A stretch of DNA of 63,918 bases, filler included, from Octopus bimaculoides (Eukaryota): assembly GCF_001194135.2 (NCBI RefSeq). It is 4 parts of 4 records of this genome, joined end to end, with 100 filler letters (N's around TTAATTAATTAA, not from the genome) between each part and the next. Parts side by side here need not be neighbours in the genome. Positions count along the whole stretch, not along the records: positions 35,915 to 62,263 come from NC_068987.1; positions 62,364 to 63,918 come from NW_026416134.1; 2 more parts are not named here. One strand, 5' to 3'. The translations under genes were made by a program, and so were the position numbers. Shown one piece after another: positions 51,995 to 63,918 of this stretch (the stretch's first letter is position 1; every line of letters begins with the position of its first letter). The notes below the pieces were generated by a model. It did no database searches. It was given only the letters and a program-made list of their open reading frames with translations, and was not told the origin of the DNA.

Positions 51995-53873
51995 TACGTG
52001 CCAATTTGCCAAACATCTCATGGAGGCTAAATATAAATTCTGTAAATTTGTTAATAGGAGATGTTCTCTGTCCCTTTCCAGATCGCTTCAAAAGCAAACA
52101 TTTGAGGTGCTTTCCACGCATGTCATCTCGTTTGGCATCAACTGCATATACTGAACCTCACACAGAATCAACCCCACATACGGTCAGAGAAACAGTCTCT
52201 GGTATTCACACAACAAAACTGTAAATTGGAGAACCGCGGTAGTGTCTTAAGGGTCTCTGTAAAACTCTTGTTTTAGATGGATGTATTACTGTTTAATGCA
52301 AGAAAAAAGGGGCCCATAGAGAGAAAATGGTTGAGAATCCCAGTTGTTATTGAAGGATTCGAGCAGTTGTTGAGTAGACATTCAAAACGTTGCAGCCGTT
52401 AGTTTAGTACCAATTTCTGTATTTAAGACTGCAATATGGAATATGTCCTTTCATTTGGCATGCTATAACTTACCACTTGTACGAAATAATCTTTTATTAC
52501 TATCAGAGATTTGAACTGTTTACACTGTTGAAGTGGAAGCCGACTACGAACTTGGATCAATAAGCTAGAACGTGGTTTTTGACACGGTTTTGTAGCTTAA
52601 CATATGGAAGCGCAACATTGAAAACTAATTCATTAGTCATTGATTTTAGAACAATAGTGCTTCCAAGAATTTTGAAATATATCTGCTGCAGTATCAGATA
52701 GCAATAACGTAGATTGGTTGATTTTTGTTTTAAATAATTTGAACACTTTCGGCATATTTGGAAGACAATGAAACTAGATAGAGTAACATTTATATTACCG
52801 AATCAGCCAGTTGCGCTCTCGTAAACGCGTAATATTATGATATCGCATGTCATAAGAATTAGCTCGCCATTAATCCATTGAATGTTACTGTGAAGCCAAC
52901 AGAATTGCCGTTTAATTCAATTCTTAAGTTACATGCCTGCAAATATTATTTAATATATTTATGAATATATTGCATTCAACTTAAAACAAACAAGGATCTT
53001 TGTAATCACTCTTAAGGCATATCTTCTGTATATAGGCATTCATGGTATATATACATGCATACATCATATTAACTATTGCTTTATTTGAGGATTATTTTTC
53101 TAATCATTATCGATATTTTCATAAGCATTAAATAAATATTAACATATTGTATTTTCTTTCAAAGCGATTTCATTACCACCGTAACAATGGCCTTGTAGTA
53201 AGCTGTAGCGCCTTTCAAGAATTCCTAAAACGTATATTCATGGACTATTCATAATTCCTAAATTTATTGTTAGCGTTCGGCTATATATTCAATACTTAAC
53301 ACTGACGATACATATGCTATGTTTCTTCTAAATGAATTTTCACACAGAAACAATTTGCTTGATATTATCACAGTTTAAATTATCGTTATCATCGTAGATG
53401 AATAGATGTAATATGGAAACAAAAGAAACATATTGTTAGATGTCAGAATGTTTTTTTTTCGAATATTACACAACAAAAGGCGTTACCAACATCATGATAA
53501 TTGGTCAAATGTATATTGTTAAACATGAAAACTAATGTAGCATAAAGTTGTTTTATCTACACTAGCTTTACTTCAAACATCCGCCGTCACTTATTTAAAA
53601 GCTGTACAAAAAGATATTACCCAAATGATTTGGAAATATATTTATCAAATAAAATAATGTGTTCCCAAGCCTCGGAGCAAATGAATCAAATTCGGAAAAA
53701 TGTAATAGATATGATCGTTCCTATTATCGTATCGACCGTAGTGAATGATACTGTTTATCACATGGACGCATAATAAGTATAGCACCTACCAGATTACTAC
53801 TTCTTTATTTACATATTAAATACAGTATGTGTGTATGAGTGCGTAAAGTATTATATCTGATATATAATACATA

Positions 53874-54728
53874 CTGGGTGCGGTGAATAAGCTGTCGTCT
53901 AAATTATGCAAAAATGAACATAACACTGACATCTCATTTTAACAGATATATTCCCCAAAATTGCATTAAAATATCTTCAAATACTAAAGAATAAATGTAT
54001 TCAATAAAATCGCGATTGGCTTCAATCACGGCCTCCAGATGACTTCAGAAACGTTTGCAACCCTTCTGAACGATCTTAATGTTTAAGTTGGTGAATGCTG
54101 CCATACTCTTTGTTTTTAGATCATCTTTCGTGTTACGGGGAGTTTTGTTGGTCTCTCGATCAACTGCACCCGATACATAGTAATCAAGGGGTTTGTACTC
54201 TGAGGAGTGAGGTGGCCAGACTCTGGTGTTGTCGCAGAAATTGTCTGACTGCCATGACTGGGTTCTCCTGCTTGTGTGGCATGGTGTAGAGTTCTGCTGG
54301 AGGATCCACCCTCTTGAACTAGGACAGTACTAACTCCTGCAGGCATTTCATGTAGGCCTCCATGTTGAGTCTGAAGCCGTGGGGGGGGATGAATGGAGGC
54401 ATAACGTCGCCATTACTATTGATCACTCCAAAAACCATGAGGTTGATTGGATGTTTGGTATTTATCACTCTTGATACATGTCCTCAGATTGACACCCAAA
54501 TACTCTGAAACGTTCATATTGGATCTTCCTGTGCGAATGCCAAGCGGTACAGCATGTCCATTCGAAACTACTGGCAGAGTAAATAGCGTCATGGCACTGT
54601 TTTTCTCACACACGGTGCCCAACTGACCCTAGTGTACTATGTAGTTGACAACATCACAAACCAATAAAGCGCATGGGTGAAATTAAAAATATGATGTAGC
54701 GATAGCGACAATTTACCCATCGCATATA
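53874..54728 (-). mobile_element. Internally deleted Tc1/mariner-superfamily element (maT/DD37D-like), pseudogenised
   Basis: The N-terminus MTLFTLPVVSNGHAVPLGIRTGRSNMNVSEYLGVNLRT is joined to KHPINLMVFGVINSNGDVMPPFIPPHGFRLNMEAYMKCLQELVL and WPPHSSEYKPLDYYVSGAVDRETNKTPRNTKDDLKTKSMAAF...LEAVIEANRDFIE. Degenerate TIRs: gtgcggtgaataagctgtcg / atgcgatgggtaaattgtcg. Confidence 0.88.
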
Positions 54729-54946
54729 TATATATATACGTACATATATACGCATACAAATATACGTACATATACGCATACATATACGTACATATATACG
54801 CAAATATACAAATATATATANNNNNNNNNNNNNNNNNNNNNNNNNNNNNNNNNNNNNNNNNNNNNNNNNNNNNNNNNNNNNNNNNNNNNNNNNNNNNNNN
54901 NNNNNNNNNNNNNNNNNNNNNNNNNNNNNNNNNNNNNNNNNNNNNN

Positions 54947-54988
<42 letters not shown>

Positions 54989-57653
54989 TTGTCCATGTAC
55001 ACATATGTATTATGCATCTATATTTCAATTTAAGTATGAAATCAGCATGCTTCACGGATTTCACTTTTATATCACACACACACGGAGGTAGATTTTCTCG
55101 TTGATTGAGCATTTATCGAAGCGTTTACAACTCAGAGGTATTACAAAACGTCATAATGCAGAGCATGAAGCTGGAGAGAAGTAAAAGCCACCATCTTGAT
55201 ACGTAAATCTGTATGTGATTATCTATTAATGTGTACGTTCGCGCGCGTCTGTTCATGCGGGAGGTGGAAGGAAAGAACGAACGAGTACAACCCAACCCCT
55301 AGTTTCGTCCAGGCATCCGATTGTACAGATTAACATCTTTGAAATTAATCAGATGATCAAAGGCCATAAGGCGATAGCAGTTCATCATATTTCTTTTATC
55401 AGAGACCGGAGATACTTTGAAATTCTCCGAAAATAAATTATGAATGTGTTAAAAGATGAATTTCTTTCAGCCTGATTCATAACAGACAGTAATGGGTGAT
55501 TTGCACGTATAGAAATACCTTCAGGCAACGTCTGGCTTTCAAACTAAATAAAGTGTCCCGTACACCGACAAAACTAAGATGCTATGTTCTGTGTATACTT
55601 AGCTTGTTTCAGAAAACTTATATTCTAAACTACACTTTTATACCTTTGTAACACTTCAGAAATATATTCTGCTTGCATGTACGTACGTATGTAAGTGTGT
55701 ACATATAACTGTACAGGCACAGACATACACATCTATATTTATACATACACTCACACACACACACACACACACACACAGATATATATATATATANNNNNNN
55801 NNNNNNNNNNNNNNNNNNNNNNNNNNNNNNNNNNNNNNNNNNNNNNNNNNNNNNNNNNNNNNNNNNNNNNNNNNNNNNNNNNNNNNNNNNNNNNNNNNNN
55901 NNNNNNNNNNNNNNNNNNNNNNNNNNNNNNNNNNNNNNNNNNNNNNNNNNNNNNNNNNNNNNNNNNNNNNNNNNNNNNNNNNNNNNNNNNNNNNNNNNNN
56001 NNNNNNNNNNNNNNNNNNNNNNNNNNNNNNNNNNNNNNNNNNNNNNNNNNNNNNNNNNNNNNNNNNNNNNNNNNNNNNNNNNNNNNNNNNNNNNNNNNNN
56101 NNNNNNNNNNNNNNNNNNNNNNNNNNNNNNNNNNNNNNNNNNNNNNNNNNNNNNNNNNNNNNNNNNNNNNNNNNNNNNNNNNNNNNNNNNNNNNNNNNNN
56201 NNNNNNNNNNNNNNNNNNNNNNNNNNNNNNNNNNNNNNNNNNNNNNNNNNNNNNNNNNNNNNNNNNNNNNNNNNNNNNNNNNNNNNNNNNNNNNNNNNNN
56301 NNNNNNNNNNNNNNNNNNNNNNNNNNNNNNNNNNNNNNNNNNNNNNNNNNNNNNNNNNNNNNNNNNNNNNNNNNNNNNNNNNNNNNNNNNNNNNNNNNNN
56401 NNNNNNGTATAAAATAAAAAGGGGTTGTATGATAGTGTATAGAGGAATATATTATTTAAAAGATTTCCAACTGTTTGTTTTTTAAGTTTTATTTATATTC
56501 TTATAAAATTAATGTAGGATATAGACTATGGAATATATAATATAAATAGAAAAATGAAATGAAGTATTGAATGTCTTATTGAATATATGAAATATTGATT
56601 ATTAAATATGTATAAGGACTAATATATTTTCCTACTTGTCCATGCGATGTATTCTCCACATAAGCTATTTTTAATAGTTTCCTGCATAGAAATAATAATG
56701 TTTTATATATGTGTCTATATAATTTCAACCGAAATTTCTATCGGATGCTATATACAACTTAATGAAGGCACTGAAGTAAATAAATGCATGATTTTCTTTA
56801 ACTATTTCCAGCACTGTGTATACCACGGTGTGATATCAAGATGAAATATATCATAGTGAGATATGAAGAAATATATTATTGATATACGTAAGATGATCTA
56901 TAAATCTGAAAATGTTTTAACAGAATACATATAATACACTGTTAATGCTTAGATATAGACTGCGGGTAAAATATAGAAATGTATTTCCTGCTTTAATTTT
57001 TGCATTGATATGCATATCACACATTCATCTACATACAAACGCTCGTACAATTTTCAGGACTCCCTCATGTGACGTGTGGTATGTAGGAAGTTGGCCTCAG
57101 TCTTAGACTCCAGAGCAATGCTCCCAACAGAGAATGCGCTGCTGTTAGAATCCAGGATAATAATAGCACTGTGAAAACCGGTGAAAAGAATGCATCTTTC
57201 AAAAAGATTTACTGGATTCCTATTTAACAATTTTCATACAGAAGATTTCAACCAAGCAGAATTGTTGATAAAACACGCTTTTACAAGGCGCCGATTACTG
57301 AGCACAAAATCCGAAATTTTGTTGAATACTTCTATACATGCTGTCTTCCTCGACATAAAAATTGTCAGCACTGAATGGATTTACATCGAAATATCTTTGG
57401 AAAAAATATTTAAATGACGCAAAACATGCAGAAAGTATTTTGGTATTGAAAATAACTACTGTAGTGTAAAAACTTATACGTGAAATTTCACACTGTGAGC
57501 TAGTATACGTTTCCGTTTGATTCAAATTCTCTGCACCAACCAGCTTGAAGTTTAAACAATTACATTTCCTTTATTGTAATATTGCGCGCGAACACACGTT
57601 CACAGAGGCATATAAAAAAGAAATCATTAATATATGAAAAACTAAACAGAAAA

Positions 57654-57721
<68 letters not shown>

Positions 57722-58653
57722 GATACATACATAGATATACTCATACTTACACAGACAAACACACACACATATGCCAGTAAGCTTTTGAAGATAATGCGTT
57801 GTATAAAAAAACGTGTAAACAATATCATAAATAGTTACAAGAGATGCAGCAACTTTTTCCGAAGGTTTTCCTCAATAACAACGCTATACGATTCGATCGA
57901 ATACTATCCTATAGTATGGAACACAAAAGATCACACGAAAGCATCCTTTGTACGAAAAGAACCAATCTACAAAGGAGGAAAAAAGAAAAACCTTTCGTTC
58001 GTTTACTTTTCGTGGCCAACATGAAACAAATGCACTAATTCGTAGAAGGCGATTCAATTCCAACTCAAAAGAAGACAACTGGAATTAAATATGTATCTCG
58101 TTTGAAAAAATGTTTTAATTATTTAGTTTTTGTATTTTCTATTTTTCTACTTCAACAAAACGTCTGATTATACTTGAAGTACATATCTGCAAATATTTAT
58201 AGAACTACATGCACAAAAAACACTGCAACAATCATATTCATACACATCGTTGTTTAATCATTTTTGCCCTAATGATGGAACTGATTGCAAATAAATCAAA
58301 TGTTACTTTGTACTCTATCACTTGAGATTGTGACTTTAATTCTTACAGAATATGTGATTTAAGTCTCATCACAAGTTTAACGATGCCTGTAATTATATTG
58401 AATGTACACGTATTTAATACTCATTTCTATAATATCCCTGGCACTGCAGGTGCCTCGCTATCTCGCAATTTAATAGTTAATTATTTGGCAATAATGTAAA
58501 TGGTAATATAAACAACCAAATTCTACTCAGCATGTTACGTTGACTTTATAATCTATGTGCATGTATGTGCATACACGTAGTCACGCAAACACACACACAC
58601 CACGTACATGTTAAGCATTAGTTAGCGTCGTAACAATATTTTGCTTGATACAG

Positions 58654-58675
58654 ACTAAAGTTAATTAACTACCTG
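58654..58675 (+). CDS. Candidate 22-nt micro-exon, unverified
   Basis: tattttgcttgatacag|actaaagttaattaactacctg|gtaagt; the open frame (R)LKLINYL ends in phase 0. Confidence 0.2.
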
Positions 58676-58891
58676 GTAAGTCATTTGTTTAGACATTTGG
58701 CTAAACTAAACGGAGTATGTGTTCTCTTCTGTCCTAATGCAAAACGTAGATAATATTTACATTTAGTAAATTTATAATATATGCCAAACTCAGACTGGCT
58801 GTTAATATTCCTATTTAAAACGTCTCGCTTCTGAGTTAATTACTTTATATTTTAGTGAATGGAATAAATCATTTACCATTGTCTTTTGCAG

Positions 58892-58920
58892 ATGAATAGA
58901 AAGAGTTTTAGTAATCCTTT
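58892..58920 (+). CDS. Candidate 29-nt micro-exon (MNRKSFSNP-), unverified
   Basis: accattgtcttttgcag|ATGAATAGAAAGAGTTTTAGTAATCCTTT|gtgagt; phase-compatible with 58654-58675. Confidence 0.22.
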
Positions 58921-59348
58921 GTGAGTGGTGCACCAGTAGAATTTCCTAAGCCTCCAAAACTAAATTTTTTAGGCTGGGCTACTGTGGACCCCACTGTAGT
59001 ATCGTATTTATATTAAAGAAATTGTAACTACGCTGGAGATAAAAATCAATCCAAATATCGTTAATATTTTTGTAGTATTTGAAAATTAATTTGCAAAATT
59101 CTCTGTACACAATCATATGACTTGGATACATTAATCGTGATAGGCATTAGTATATAAATTCACAGCATCAAAATATATAACCTGCATCTCTCATTGGGCT
59201 TTTGTAATTGATTCACGATATTTAGGCTGTTTTTATGAGATTTTACACGCATTAAGTAAATGCATTTCATAGAATATCCAAGAAATACACTTTGACAACA
59301 AAACAAATGCACTGTGAAATTTCTAGGACATTTATAAAGAGAGAAGTA

Positions 59349-59389
59349 GTCTTACAGCTGTTTCAGGAATATATCCCTTCATCAGAGAC
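59349..59389 (-). ncRNA. Minimal type I hammerhead ribozyme (PLE-type)
   Basis: Minus strand reads gtct-CTGATGA-aggga tata ttcct-GAA-ACAGCTGT-A-agac. The core is complete, stem II is 5 bp (one GU), stem III is an 8-nt palindrome, the cleavage triplet is GUA, and stem I is gtct/agac. Confidence 0.88.
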
Positions 59390-60121
59390 GACACGAGAGA
59401 GTTAAATAGAGGCAAATAACAGAGATTAATTTAAGAAGTTATTATGCGATATCTGGAAATTGTAATGAATCAGCATTCGCAAAATAATGCGGAGACTCTT
59501 TGTACCAATTTATCAAAGAAATGTAAACGATTTGTTGACGTGTGTGTATTTATTCCATGGAATGAAATCATTGGAAAATTGCATAAATTTCAATTATTAA
59601 CCAAGATAATAAATAACAATATTCAACAGACAATAGTACAGATAAGAAAAAAATTCAAATATTTTAAGATTGGAATTTAATATAAGAATTAATGCAGACT
59701 TCGATAAAAAAAAATATGCACTCGAAATGCTATCAGCCGTTTTCTTTTTTCATTCGAAATACACGGAATATACTATTCAATTTCTCGTAAAGTCTATAAC
59801 AATAGATTCTCAAGCTCATGATATGACTTCATGATCTTAGGATGTTTCACTCATCCTAAGATGTTATTTTTCATGATAAACAATGTATGTGGTTCAAGAG
59901 ACAAAACTATTTATCTTGAGATATTATGGTTGGATTTGCGAAACAATACGCTTGAATTCAAATATGATACCCAATGTCTCTAAACAAACCCAATAACAGC
60001 GTATAAAGTTGTTATTTAAGATATACTATCATAAAGAGGTACAACAAGTTACTAACATCCTAATAGGGAAAGTGAAGAACTACCTAATTACATCCAAAAG
60101 GAACACAAAATAGGTTTTAAA

Positions 60122-60164
60122 AATTTACAACGTTGCTTTGGAGATTACAACGTTGCTTTGGAGA
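60122..60164. repeat. 20-bp tandem duplication
   Basis: ttacaacgttgctttggaga x2. Confidence 0.9.
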
Positions 60165-60784
60165 GGAAATTATTTTAACAAGGATAACGTAACAATATTA
60201 AGAACAGTTACTCCTACGCAACTAACAGTGTAATCGAAGGAATAATATGCTCAGTTTATATATAGAATTATATAAGGGAAATGGAAATAACTTAAATGTA
60301 AATGAATGGCAGAAAATAGAAGTAAATTTCAAGTAGAAATTTCATTCGACGAACGAATTAACACATGTGCTATTAATTGGCAAACACTGTTTTAAAGTTT
60401 GGAATATAAGGTAGTGTCAGATTGAACATCTGAAAAACAGCGGATCAATAAAGAATTTGCATTCATTAGAAAATATCGACCCATTTTAAGTGCGTATAAG
60501 TAATCAATGTGTTGACATTTTATTAATTAATAAATTGTTTATGCAATTCATTTACTAGCATCGATGGAGCTGCTGGATGAGTGAAATGTGGTATTTCTTC
60601 TGAATCGTTGCATTCTGATTTCAAATATCACCTGGCTTATATTTACATTTCACTCTTTCACTGGTTGTTGATAGAATAAAGAAACCGCCTAGTATTGCTG
60701 CCGATGACATGGAGTAACACAACTTAAAACTACAGACATTGTCTAAACTACAATATTAATACCATAATTATTGTTTACTACAAT

Positions 60785-60915
60785 GAAGATGGCAGTGAAT
60801 TGGCAGAGTTGTTACCATTACGTAAAAATTGCCTAACGGCATTTCGTGATTTTTACGTTAGAGTTCAAATTCTGCGAAGATCGATCTCGCTTTTCATCAT
60901 TTCGGGGTGATATAA
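60785..60915 (+). mobile_element. Diverged SINE family A copy
   Basis: gatggcagtgaattggcagagttgtta...agagttcaaattctgcgaagatcga...catcatttcggggtgataa. Confidence 0.7.
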
Positions 60916-61472
60916 TAAGTATATATATGTACTTATACCTATATATTTACCTATGCACACACGCACACACACACTTACACACACACATACACACACACAC
61001 ACACACACACATATATACATACACGCGCAAATATATAAACATATTCANNNNNNNNNNNNNNNNNNNNNNNNNNNNNNNNNNNNNNNNNNNNNNNNNNNNN
61101 NNNNNNNNNNNNNNNNNNNNNNNNNNNNNNNNNNNNNNNNNNNNNNNNNNNNNNNNNNNNNNNNNNNNNNNNNNNNNNNNNNNNNNNNNNNNNNNNNNNN
61201 NNNNNNNNNNNNNNNNNNNNNNNNNNNNNNNNNNNNNNNNNNNNNNNNNNNNNNNNNNNNNNNNNNNNNNNNNNNNNNNNNNNNNNNNNNNNNNNNNNNN
61301 NNNNNNNNNNNNNNNNNNNNNNNNNNNNNNNNNNNNNNNNNNNNNNNNNNNNNNNNNNNNNNNNNNNNNNNNNNNNNNNNNNNNNNNNNNNNNNNNNNNN
61401 NNNNNNNNNNNNNNNNNNNNNNNNNNNNNNNNNNNNNNNNNNNNNNNNNNNNNNNNNNNNNNNNNNNNNNNN

Positions 61473-61516
<44 letters not shown>

Positions 61517-62217
61517 TAATATGATGATGACAGGTAATAGTGTTTCATTGTTGCTACATCACTACACAACACATCAAATTAAACAATGAATACTACAAAT
61601 ACCGCCTATTAAAATTTACGTTGTTAAAGTACATGTAAAAACTTAGCGAGTGTGTATGCGCATATGTATTACAGTGTGTATAGGTGTTGGTGTCTGAATT
61701 TGTACGAATGCTCAGTTATCTCGTTGAACGTTTCTATTGTTTATTGCGTAAGTAGCTTTAGTTGTATATGTCGCTATGTCTGTGTTTGTCTGTATGACTA
61801 ACCATGTGTGTATATTAGCCTCCGTTTCTTTTTTTCTTTATTCTGTGTGGAATCATCTGTCACTATATGATGCCGTTCATGTTTTCTATATATAATGCTT
61901 TGTATGCATATGTTTTTAAAAATTCTTTACAGCTTCTTCTTTTTTTTGTATTAGATTTACCTTCCTACACAAGTTTTTTGCTGATGTGGAACTAAAAAGT
62001 TTCTTCAATCTCTAGATGACTGCATATTTCCCTTAATAAATTCTGTGTGACATATCAGACACTGATAAATATATAATTTGAAATAATGGCATTGAATAAG
62101 TTTCTGTTTGTATGATTGTACATACTCGTGTACTTGTGTACGCATATATAAATCAATGTAAACATTTATACTTACATATGTATAATAATACATATATAGA
62201 TGATCAAATTGTGAAGA

Positions 62218-62263
<46 letters not shown>

Positions 62264-62363
62264 NNNNNNNNNNNNNNNNNNNNNNNNNNNNNNNNNNNNN
62301 NNNNNNNTTAATTAATTAANNNNNNNNNNNNNNNNNNNNNNNNNNNNNNNNNNNNNNNNNNNN
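62264..62363. other. Artificial assembly linker 44N-TTAATTAATTAA-44N
   Basis: Identical to 12107-12206. Confidence 0.95.
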
Positions 62364-62661
62364 TTGGAATTAATCCTTCGTCAGCTGCCGCTATTCTAAC
62401 TAGACGTTTCGAACATAATCAAATAAAATGCAAGCACACTAAAGGTGGTGCCCCAGCTTGGCCGCAGTCTTTGGCTGAAACCAGTGAAACTAATGCATAA
62501 TAGGAAGGGCGTCAAATGAGGAGATACCAACTCTCTCTCTCTCTCTCTCTTTCTCTCTTTCATTCCTTCCTCTCTGTCTCTCTCTGTATACACATATAGT
62601 TTACCTTTCCGTTAAGGTTGGATCTACACAGACACATACACAAACACACACACATACACAA

Positions 62662-62696
<35 letters not shown>

Positions 62697-63194
62697 CACA
62701 CATATGCACATGCACATATACTTGTATATTCTTATATACACACGCGATATTTCCTATCTTATTTCTCTCTTTTCAGATAACATATAAAAAGAATAACAGT
62801 GCTTGTGTGCAGAATCAAGCAGTTTGGCCTCTGACTAATACTGCAATATGAGTAGAGTTTATAATGAGTTTAGTGTATATTGCTGACGAATAAAATACTG
62901 TTGAAATTTAATGTTTCATACCGGAATGTTACATAACGTTACATTATAGAAATATCTTTGAGAAATGAAATGTATAACAGTGTAAAAACATAGCTAACAC
63001 AGGATGTAGATAAACAATTTAAAGGTTATATTAGATTTCATATCATTTTGTGAAAGGAGTAAAAACAAAATGAAGGGAGACTAGAAGGGAGGCAGCCGAG
63101 AATATCTTGTTGCATCCGATGAGTTAAATTTGAAAATATCGTTTAAATCATTAAAAGGAATCTAGAAAAATGACAAGATAAACGATATAGTTGA

Positions 63195-63360
63195 TCCTTA
63201 GGTGGTTGAGATGATTGCTTTGCATCCACGTGGTTTGACGAATTGGGTTCAGTCTCACTGCACGGCACCCTGGGCAAATATCTGCTACTATGGCTCCCCC
63301 GGTCCGATTTATGCCTTGTGAGTGAATATGGTTGATGGAAGCTGTGTGGAAGCCTGTCGG
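63195..63360 (+). mobile_element. Diverged SINE family B 5' half
   Basis: gggttcagtctcactgcacggcaccctgggcaaatatctgctactatggc...gccttgtgagtgaatatggttgatggaa. Confidence 0.75.
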
Positions 63361-63397
63361 GAATGTAGGGCCGACGCTGGGAAGTGCAGGGCTCAAT

Positions 63398-63775
63398 TAG
63401 AGAATTGTCAGTGGGGCCCCTTCCTCTACAAAAGCTGAATATTGATGTGTTATGCTTTATGTAGTAAGTCAGCCTCAGCCAAAAATCGTTGAGAGCTTGA
63501 GGCTCCATCATTAGTCACAACGATATACTAAAAGTTCATCATAGTGTCCTCCGCTCGAGCGTGTGCACAGAGCCATCTCTTGGTGCAAGGACCCACTTAG
63601 AGAATTGTCAGTGGGGACCCCCTGCTCTACAAGAGCTGAAGATTGATATTTTATGCTTCATGCAGTACTCCAGTCCTAGCCAAAAAGGGTTGAGGGCTTG
63701 AGGCTTCACCATTAGTCCCAATGGTTTACTAAAATTCATCATAGCGTCCTCCGCTCGAGCATGCTTAGGAGCAAA
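63398..63775. repeat. Diverged ~199-bp tandem duplication
   Basis: Units start ttagagaattgtcagtgggg at 63398 and 63597 and share ...catcatagYgtcctccgctcgagc. Confidence 0.9.
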
Positions 63776-63918
63776 CACCTTACCAACATACCCACACTTG
63801 ACCCATAAAGTATTAAAAAATTTCATCGAAATTGGACAAAAGTTGCTGAGATGTGAAGCCTATAGACCAGGTAATTACGATGTCTTTTTTTTGACAGACA
63901 ACTAGAGTGTGTGTGTAT

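Noticed and set aside
62870-62925. CTGACGA...GAAA on the plus strand
   Set aside because: Stems I-III do not pair convincingly.

Overview
AT-rich eukaryotic repeat-dominated scaffold, most likely a coleoid cephalopod (Octopus-type). This is inferred from the tRNA-derived SINE families, the dense (TA)n/(TG)n/(TAGA)n/(TAA)n microsatellites and the transposon types. Roughly 5-6 kb is N gaps, three of them carrying an artificial 44N-TTAATTAATTAA-44N linker. No host protein-coding gene could be identified; almost all listed ORFs are microsatellite or gap translations, and only a few weak candidate exons remain. Supported content: (1) the 3' end of an R4/Dong-type non-LTR retrotransposon ending in TAA repeats; (2) a decayed Neptune-type Penelope-like element (PLE) with a GIY-YIG endonuclease, and a second, more decayed PLE RT remnant; (3) a decayed RTE-like endonuclease; (4) a fold-back mariner derivative and an internally deleted Tc1/mariner (maT-like) element; (5) more than 25 SINE copies from three families. 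The most interesting signal is a set of minimal type I hammerhead ribozyme (HHR) motifs. One is intact at 42471-42518 (+), inside a ~355-nt repeat arranged as tandem plus inverted copies (one copy has a dead HHR) next to the Neptune ORF. One is intact at 59349-59389 (-). A variant at 24657-24701 (-) has the core C3:G8 pair swapped to G3:C8. All three have palindromic stem III, typical of dimer-cleaving PLE/retrozyme HHRs. All calls are by-eye readings and no database searches were run.
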